Part shown: piece by piece, positions 58,555 to 64,000 of the stretch | How the letters are laid out: the number at the start of each line of letters is the position of its first letter | Numbering within the stretch: the stretch's first letter is position 1 | Source of the DNA: Flavobacteriales bacterium | Lineage (GTDB): Bacteria > Bacteroidota > Bacteroidia > Palsa-965 | Assembly (NCBI GenBank): GCA_040377305.1 | Contig: JBEIPA010000009.1 | Location: 64,001-128,000 of the forward strand | Length of the DNA stretch: 64,000 nucleotides | Reading direction: 5' to 3' | Translations under genes and position numbers: made by a program | The notes under the pieces: generated by a model | Databases searched by the model: none | Told to the model about the DNA's origin: nothing | Seen by the model: the letters and a program-made list of their open reading frames with translations, nothing else

Positions 58555-58647
58555 TAGTATGGAGCGATTGAATTTCTGCACTTTTTCCAGCCTCCCCTAT
58601 TTGTTCGGCTTGTAGCAATATTCAAAAAGCATTCCGTACAAGTGAAA

Positions 58648-59589
58648 TTAGAATTTATCCGATGTTAAATTGTTTCGTGTTACCAGTCCGGCTAAAAGTG
58701 TGCGATAGGTTGGCACCAACAATCGATGTTTGTCAGCAAGCTGCACCACGTGTGCAGTCAATGATCGAAATTCTGTTCTGCTCCGTTTCTGGAAGTCGCT
58801 GTGCATACTGGAAGTCGTTTCGTAGGGAAGCTTACCCATTTTCCCCACTGTAGAGGCAACAATGTCCTCGGGGAGTACAATTTTTTCCGCACGGGCAACT
58901 TCACAAATTTCATTTAACAATTGGGTGAGCAACCGTCTATTTCCCTCGTGTTCCAGTATTTTCCCGATACAAACATCGAGGTAACTTGTTAGGCTGGCGA
59001 TGGTAGAAATGAAAATGAATTTCTCCCAAATCACATCGCGAATATTTTCTTCAAGAAAAATATCAGCGTGGCAAGCTTTCAGTATTTGATATAGCTCATT
59101 GCATTTTTCCCGGGATTGATCGCAACCGAAATGTAACCGATGAATATTTCCTGTTTCGGTAATTACACCGGGTGCAGTGAGACGGGAAACAATATAAACG
59201 CAACCGCTCCATACTTGATTCGCAGGAAACAGCGCGCGTATTTTTTCTTCTGCATCAATTCCATTCAGCAGCGGAAGAATTATTGTTTGCGCAGAAATGC
59301 AATCGCGAAATTGTTCGAGACCCGATGCAAGATCGTAGCTCTTCACGCTCACGATGAGGTAATCAATGTCACCGGCTTCATGGGCATTCGTTGCAACAAC
59401 CGTTGGATGTGTTACAAATTCTTCTTCGGGTGTAATGAGCTTGATTCCGTTTGCGCGAATTGCAGCAGCGGTTTTTTCACGGGCGAGAAAAATAATTTCT
59501 ACTTCAGAAGAACCAGCGAATCTGCGGGAAAGCTTCGAGCCGAAATAGCCACCAACACCACCGAGACCGAGGAATGCGATGCGAATCAT
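58648..59589 (-). CDS. panE: 2-dehydropantoate 2-reductase
   Basis: GLGGVGG, VKSY, LLNG, WEKF, SSMHSD. Confidence 0.85.
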   Translation of the reverse strand: MIRIAFLGLGGVGGYFGSKLSRRFAGSSEVEIIFLAREKTAAAIRANGIKLITPEEEFVTHPTVVATNAHEAGDIDYLIVSVKSYDLASGLEQFRDCISAQTIILPLLNGIDAEEKIRALFPANQVWSGCVYIVSRLTAPGVITETGNIHRLHFGCDQSREKCNELYQILKACHADIFLEENIRDVIWEKFIFISTIASLTSYLDVCIGKILEHEGNRRLLTQLLNEICEVARAEKIVLPEDIVASTVGKMGKLPYETTSSMHSDFQKRSRTEFRSLTAHVVQLADKHRLLVPTYRTLLAGLVTRNNLTSDKF

Positions 59590-59678
59590 TGTTAAATCTA
59601 CGTTTTTCCCAACGAGATTTTAGTCGAGGTGCCCACCATATTTGATTTTGAATTATTTTAGCCAAACAAGCAGACTCC

Positions 59679-61175
59679 ATGAAACACACTTTACTCTCTC
59701 TTGCATGCGCACTATTCTCAATGAACGTTGTAGCGCAAACCACGATTACTTTGCAACCCGGCGCCGCTTCAGGCAATGATGCTTCTCTTGGCTCTCACAC
59801 CAATTTCAACACAGAGAATACGAACTACGGAACAGATATTTATATCAAAGCGTATTGTATTCCGGGCGCACAGGGTGGACAGAATACCAACCGTGCAGTG
59901 GTCGAATTTGATCTTACATCAATTCCTGCCGGGGCAACTATAGTTTCTGCTCATCTTACGCTTTATGCAACAGGCTACATCAATTCCAATATACAAGGAC
60001 ACTGGGGTAGCAATACCGCAACGCTCAGTCGTATTACCAGTGCGTGGATTGAGAACAGTGTTACTTGGAATAGTGCACCAAGTACAATTACGCAAAATCA
60101 GGTAACGCTTACCCAAAGCACAAATGCAGCGCAGGATTACACATCCGATGTAACCGGAATGGTCCAGGATATGATCATCAATCCTTCATCGAGTTTCGGT
60201 TTTTTTCTATCCCTTGTGACTGAGAATCCATCTAACTCTTCGGGATTATTTTTTCATTCGAGTGATGGCGGAGACCCGAACAAATGGCCTAAACTTGAAA
60301 TAGTGTACACGACTTCGAACGATTGCATTCAACCTGATCCAATCGCAGGTAATGACGCTTCACTGGGTACGCACACAAACTACAACACAGAGAATACTAA
60401 TTACGGTGCCGATACTTATCTCAAGGCGTATTGTGTAGCAGGAGCACAAGGTGGACAGAATACGAACCGCGGCGTACTCAGTTTTGATCTAAGTGCAATT
60501 CCAACAACTGCAGTAGTGCAGAATGCGGACTTGTACTTGTACGCTACTGGATATATCAACGCGCAACTGCCTGGACATTTCGGCACTAACAATGCATCGA
60601 TCGTGGAGCGGGTTACGGGACCTTGGACTGAAAGCAGCGTAACCTGGAATACCGCACCATCTACTACTGCAGTTGGTGCAGCCACACTTCCCCAGAGTAC
60701 AACATCTACACAAGATTACATCGCTGACGTCACTATAATGACGCAGTATCAGGTTACAAATCCTTCACTGAACTATGGTTTTCTCCTAAGAAATGTCGTG
60801 GAGAATCCGGCGTCGCCATCCGGCTTGGTTTTCTTCTCCAGTGACCACAGCGATCCGTTAACACGTCCGAAACTTTGTGTTACATATAACGACAGCCTCA
60901 ATCCGAAAGACGTACATACGATTGTGATTGAAGCAATGGCGATTGAAGTTTATCCAAATCCGGCAACGCAGCAACTTACCGTGAACACGGATTTACTCAA
61001 CGATGCAACCGTAAACATTTATTCTGCAGAAGGCAAACTGGTGAAATCGGTTCAGTACAGCGGAATGCTAGCATCATATTACATTCCAGTTGCAGAGCTT
61101 GCAAACGGAACCTATGTTGTGGAGATTGTGGCGGAGAACAAACGCGGGACGGCCCAGTTTGTGAAAGCAGAATAG
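59679..61175 (+). CDS. T9SS cargo protein with two DNRLRE-type domains
   Basis: Two copies of DA..NYG..R....FDL..IP..W.E..VTWN..SSD..PKL; VYPNP CTD. Confidence 0.85.
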   Translation: MKHTLLSLACALFSMNVVAQTTITLQPGAASGNDASLGSHTNFNTENTNYGTDIYIKAYCIPGAQGGQNTNRAVVEFDLTSIPAGATIVSAHLTLYATGYINSNIQGHWGSNTATLSRITSAWIENSVTWNSAPSTITQNQVTLTQSTNAAQDYTSDVTGMVQDMIINPSSSFGFFLSLVTENPSNSSGLFFHSSDGGDPNKWPKLEIVYTTSNDCIQPDPIAGNDASLGTHTNYNTENTNYGADTYLKAYCVAGAQGGQNTNRGVLSFDLSAIPTTAVVQNADLYLYATGYINAQLPGHFGTNNASIVERVTGPWTESSVTWNTAPSTTAVGAATLPQSTTSTQDYIADVTIMTQYQVTNPSLNYGFLLRNVVENPASPSGLVFFSSDHSDPLTRPKLCVTYNDSLNPKDVHTIVIEAMAIEVYPNPATQQLTVNTDLLNDATVNIYSAEGKLVKSVQYSGMLASYYIPVAELANGTYVVEIVAENKRGTAQFVKAE

Positions 61176-61179
61176 TCGT

Positions 61180-62130
61180 ATGAAGAATGCATTGCTGATT
61201 TGGACGGGAGTATTGCTTTCGGGTATTTTAACAGCCCAAACAACACTCACATTACAGCCGGGCGCAAGTGCCGGATGCGACGCTACATTAGGGTTTCATA
61301 CTAACTACAACAAGGATCTGAATTACGGCGACCAGCCGCACATAAAGATGTTTTGCGTACCAGGCTATTCAGGTGGTAACAACACGTGTCGCGCGTTGAT
61401 CAGTTTTGATTTAGCAAAAATTCCAGCAGGCGCAACAATTACGTCTGCTAAGCTTACGCTGTATGCCGCAGGAAAAATTAACGATAAGTTGCCGGGCCAT
61501 TACGGCAATAACACCGTTACGATTAGTCGTGTTACTTCTCCCTGGACAGAATTCGGTGTGAAATGGAACACGGCACCTTCATTTACATCAAAGAATGCAG
61601 TAGCTCTGCAACGCAGCACTGACCCAAATCAGAACTACACGGTTGATGTATTGTTACTTGTCAAAGACATGATCGCAGCAAAGACACCGGGTTATGGATT
61701 TTATTTCGCGCTTAATAAAGAGGATCCTGCATCACCAGCGGCCATGTGTTTCAATTCCAGTGACCATCCGGATGCATCGCGCCACCCGAAGTTGGAAATT
61801 GTGTACACGATGCCCGGTTTGAAAAAGTCGGCAGCATCGTCTCAACCACCACGGAAAGTAGTCGCTGCGAGTCCGGGTCCTGCGAAACCTTCAGACATTC
61901 GATCTGATTCAGTAATGTCTCAGGACTCACTCGTTATCAAAACCGGTGAACTAACGAATGCACTGATCAAGGTGTATGCAGCTGACGGCAAGCTTGTGAA
62001 ATCCATCCAGTACAAAGGAGTTCTCTCTACGTATTATGTCCCTATCGGAGATTTACCCAAAGGCACATACACGATTGATATTCACTCCGACAAAGAGAAA
62101 GGGACGTTGAAGTTTGTGAAGAAGGAGTAA
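61180..62130 (+). CDS. DNRLRE-domain paralog with CTD-like C-terminus
   Basis: One DNRLRE-type domain; C-terminus homologous to that of the upstream gene. Confidence 0.82.
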   Translation: MKNALLIWTGVLLSGILTAQTTLTLQPGASAGCDATLGFHTNYNKDLNYGDQPHIKMFCVPGYSGGNNTCRALISFDLAKIPAGATITSAKLTLYAAGKINDKLPGHYGNNTVTISRVTSPWTEFGVKWNTAPSFTSKNAVALQRSTDPNQNYTVDVLLLVKDMIAAKTPGYGFYFALNKEDPASPAAMCFNSSDHPDASRHPKLEIVYTMPGLKKSAASSQPPRKVVAASPGPAKPSDIRSDSVMSQDSLVIKTGELTNALIKVYAADGKLVKSIQYKGVLSTYYVPIGDLPKGTYTIDIHSDKEKGTLKFVKKE

Positions 62131-62152
62131 GAAGAAGCAACAATCAATAATG

Positions 62153-62178
62153 AAAAAAGGCTCCACATGGGAGCCTTT
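62153..62178. terminator. bidirectional terminator
   Basis: AAAAAAGGCTCC-acatg-GGAGCCTTT. Confidence 0.75.
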
Positions 62179-62199
62179 CTCGTAATCTATAAACTTCGA

Positions 62200-63075
62200 T
62201 TATCCTTTCAACGCTTCCGCACCGCCCACAATTTCCAAAATCTCATTGGTGATTGCAGTCTGACGTGCTTTGTTGTAAGAAATTTTCAGCGCCTTCAGAA
62301 GGTCTTTCGCGTTGTCTGTTGCTTTGTGCATTGCTGTCATACGTGCACCGTGTTCTGATGCGAATGAATCGAGCAGGCCTTTGTACAACTGTGTCTTGAG
62401 CGAACGCGGAATGAGATCCTGTACGATTTCTTCTTTGCGTGGCTCGAAGATGTAATCGGCTTTGGCTGCTTTCGTTGCACCTTTTGTAGGTTCAACAGGA
62501 AGGAAAGCCTCTGCCTGTGTAATCTGTACTGCTGCGTTTTTGAACTGGTTGTAGTAAAGAACAACTTTGTCAAACTCGCCATCAGCAAACGACTTCATGA
62601 TGCGTTCTGCAACCGGTGCAGTTTTCACATAGCTCATGCCATCGAACAATTCATTGGTATTACCAAGTTCGGGGAACGCAGCCGTGTATTTTGTTCTGCG
62701 GAAGAAATCGTTGCCCTTCTTACCAATAGCGAGGTAAGAAATCTGTGCGTTCGAAAAATTCTCGCGGATATCGCTAACCACTTTCTTAATGACAGAAGAG
62801 TTGAATCCTCCGCAAAGACCGCGGTTAGAAGTGATCACTACTACGAGCACTTTCTTTACATCGCGTTTGCGGGAATAAACTCCTTCGCTGCTATCAAGAC
62901 TTGCGCTGAGGTTCTCGAGGATCTCACGCAACTTCTGTGCATACGGACGCATTTGTGTAACTGCATCCTGCGCACGACGAAGCTTCGCTGCAGAAACCAT
63001 TTTCATAGCAGAAGTAATCTGCTGTGTTGATGACACTGAGGTGATCCTGTTTCGTACTTCCTTTAAACTTGGCAT
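62200..63075 (-). CDS. atpG: ATP synthase F1 gamma subunit
   Basis: QITSAMKMVSAAK, RGLCG, ARQTAITNEI. Confidence 0.97.
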   Translation of the reverse strand: MPSLKEVRNRITSVSSTQQITSAMKMVSAAKLRRAQDAVTQMRPYAQKLREILENLSASLDSSEGVYSRKRDVKKVLVVVITSNRGLCGGFNSSVIKKVVSDIRENFSNAQISYLAIGKKGNDFFRRTKYTAAFPELGNTNELFDGMSYVKTAPVAERIMKSFADGEFDKVVLYYNQFKNAAVQITQAEAFLPVEPTKGATKAAKADYIFEPRKEEIVQDLIPRSLKTQLYKGLLDSFASEHGARMTAMHKATDNAKDLLKALKISYNKARQTAITNEILEIVGGAEALKG

Positions 63076-63136
63076 TGTAAGTTATGAGTTGGGAGGGAGG
63101 AGGGAGGAGTTGAAGCTCCCTCTTCCATCGTACTTA

Positions 63137-64000
63137 TTATGCTTTATATTTCGCAGAGATTTCTTTTGCTGCTGCTTCGATTTTGCCAGTGATAGCGTCG
63201 TCGATTTTGCCAGCCTTCAATTCATTCATTACATCAGCATGTTTGCTGCGCATGTATGTCAGGAAGTCTGTTTCGAACTCTTTCACTTTGTTTACCGGAA
63301 CGTCGCGCAACAATCCTTTTGTTCCGCAGTAGATAATTGCAACCTGGTCTTCTACACGGAAAGGTGAGAACTGACCTTGTTTCAGAATTTCTACGTTACG
63401 TGAACCTTTGTCGATTACCGCTTTCGTAGCAGCATCCAAATCAGATCCGAATTTCGAGAAGGCTTCAAGTTCGCGGTACTGTGCCTGGTCAAGTTTCAAT
63501 GTACCAGATACTTTCTTCATCGACTTGATCTGAGCGTTACCACCCACACGCGATACAGAAATACCTACGTTGATCGCAGGACGTACACCCGCGTTGAACA
63601 AGTTCGACTCAAGGAAGATCTGTCCGTCTGTAATCGAAATTACGTTCGTTGGAATGTAAGCCGATACGTCACCCGCTTGCGTTTCAATGATAGGAAGTGC
63701 AGTGAGTGAACCACCACCTTTTACCATGTGACGGATTGACTCCGGAAGATCGTTCATTTCTCTTGCTACTTTGTCTGATGCGTTCACTTTCGCAGCACGC
63801 TCGAGGAGACGTGAGTGAAGATAGAATACGTCACCAGGATATGCTTCACGTCCCGGAGGGCGACGAAGAAGAAGTGATACCTCGCGGTAAGCTACAGCTT
63901 GTTTTGAAAGATCATCAAATACGATCAACGCAGGACGGCCGGTATCGCGGAAGAACTCACCGATTGCAGCACCCGTCATTGGAGCGTAGAACTGCATTGG
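63137..64000 (-). CDS. atpA: ATP synthase F1 alpha subunit (5' end outside window)
   Basis: [24 protein letters not shown]; [13 protein letters not shown]. Confidence 0.97.
   Translation of the reverse strand, partial: PMQFYAPMTGAAIGEFFRDTGRPALIVFDDLSKQAVAYREVSLLLRRPPGREAYPGDVFYLHSRLLERAAKVNASDKVAREMNDLPESIRHMVKGGGSLTALPIIETQAGDVSAYIPTNVISITDGQIFLESNLFNAGVRPAINVGISVSRVGGNAQIKSMKKVSGTLKLDQAQYRELEAFSKFGSDLDAATKAVIDKGSRNVEILKQGQFSPFRVEDQVAIIYCGTKGLLRDVPVNKVKEFETDFLTYMRSKHADVMNELKAGKIDDAITGKIEAAAKEISAKYKA

Overview
Bacteroidota chromosomal window, judged from T9SS cargo proteins, a PorP/SprF gene and TAnnTTTG promoters. It has two halves. About 1-32.3 kb looks like an integrative mobilizable element. 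Its right end is a 5'-truncated tRNA(CAT) fragment at 32245-32296, consistent with attR; I found no intact copy, so the left end is probably outside the window. The element carries an internal xis-like/tyrosine integrase/T4CP/MobC-like/relaxase operon with no VirB4 visible, and a Gabija pair (gajAB) preceded by a 42-aa basic ORF, a trypsin-like protease, a small prodomain-like protein and a 195-aa orphan. It also carries a STAS-GHKL kinase/STAS/PIN triad and a repeat-flanked ~1 kb cassette in which two predicted small RNAs share a perfect 17-nt complementarity upstream of a 72-aa ORF. About 32.3-64 kb is mostly housekeeping: OmpA-family, mlaDFE, LytTR regulator, purN, IYD-like nitroreductase, acpP-fabF-rnc, ECF sigma, porP-like, uvrC, lysS, gpsA, panE, atpG, partial atpA and T9SS cargo. 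It also has short-tandem-repeat palindromes, a REPIN-like element and several probable leaderless genes. Best candidates for an undescribed system are the kinase-STAS-PIN triad, the protease module upstream of Gabija and the antisense-attenuator cassette. All calls come from reading motifs by eye; no searches or folding programs were run.
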